A stretch of 20,372 nucleotides of DNA from Utricularia gibba. Taxonomy: Eukaryota > Plantae > Magnoliophyta. The DNA is taken from contig NEEC01000233.1 in NCBI GenBank assembly GCA_002189035.1, forward strand, positions 1 through 20,372, given 5' to 3'. Below the pieces are notes generated by a model. The model was not told where the DNA came from, did not search any database, and saw only the letters and a program-made list of their open reading frames with translations. A program made the position numbers and the translations under genes. Below are positions 19,759-20,372 of this stretch, piece after piece. Position 1 is the first letter of the stretch. Every line of letters starts with the position of its first letter.

Positions 19759-20336
19759 ATGAGTGATCCAATTGATTTGTCTGGAGATGGAGGTGTCTTG
19801 AAGACCATTGTCCGGGCAGCGAAGCCTGATGCCGAAGTTCCAACAGATAGCCTTCCACTTCTTGATGGTATGCTAGTTTTTTGCTTGATACTTTTACTTG
19901 AAAATTTACGTTAACCATGAGGAATAGGAGGAAGACCTATCACTATATTAGCTATCAATTCAATGAATATTTCATTGATTAATTGCATAATTCGTTTCAA
20001 GCCATCCATTCAGAAGTTACTGAATGATTTCTTGTTCCATTGTTTGGTATCCATAGTTCATTATGAAGGCATTCTTGCTGAGACTGGAGAGGTCTTTGAT
20101 TCTACCAAAGAGGATAACAGTATCTTCACCTTTGAACTGGGCAAGGGATCAGTCATACAAGCCTGGGACATTGCCCTGAGGACAATGAAGGTTAGGTTAT
20201 TGCTTACCCTCATCCTTTTTTGTTTATGCATCTTCCTTATATGCACATGTTCTCAGGTTGGTGAGGTCGCAACGATTACGTGTAAGCCGGAATATGGCTA
20301 TGGCAGTGCAGGTTCTCCACCGGAGATTCCACCCAA
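19759..20336 (+). CDS. FKBP20-1: FK506-binding peptidyl-prolyl isomerase FKBP20-1-like, partial (continues beyond the window)
   Basis: Exons 19759-19867, 20057-20190 and 20257-20336: [81 protein letters not shown] probable leader intron spans 19248-19738. Confidence 0.93.
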
Positions 20337-20372
20337 GTAAATTTCAAACTGCTCTGGTCCACTTCTGAAGGT

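Overview
Angiosperm nuclear genomic DNA. From 3.1 kb onward it is an ordinary gene-rich segment. On the + strand are a PMT11-like methyltransferase (9 exons), an intronless P-class PPR gene, a HERK1-like CrRLK1L receptor kinase, an FtsJ/RlmE-family RNA 2'-O-methyltransferase (6 exons) and the 5' part of an FKBP20-1-like PPIase. A MIR172 locus lies on the - strand, bracketed by Tourist-like MITE remnants. Five single-base deletions in homopolymer runs (four in the PMT gene, one just after the likely kinase start codon) break otherwise intact genes and look like assembly errors rather than pseudogenisation. The unexplained part is 1-2900. It has no credible CDS, two site-II-rich TATA promoter-like blocks, and then a degenerate ~300-330-nt tandem array whose units fold by hand into similar long multibranched hairpins with pairing-preserving substitutions, i.e. 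a candidate polycistronic structured-RNA or novel miRNA cluster. Homolog assignments come from remembered family sequences and RNA structures from manual pairing; no database search or folding program was run.
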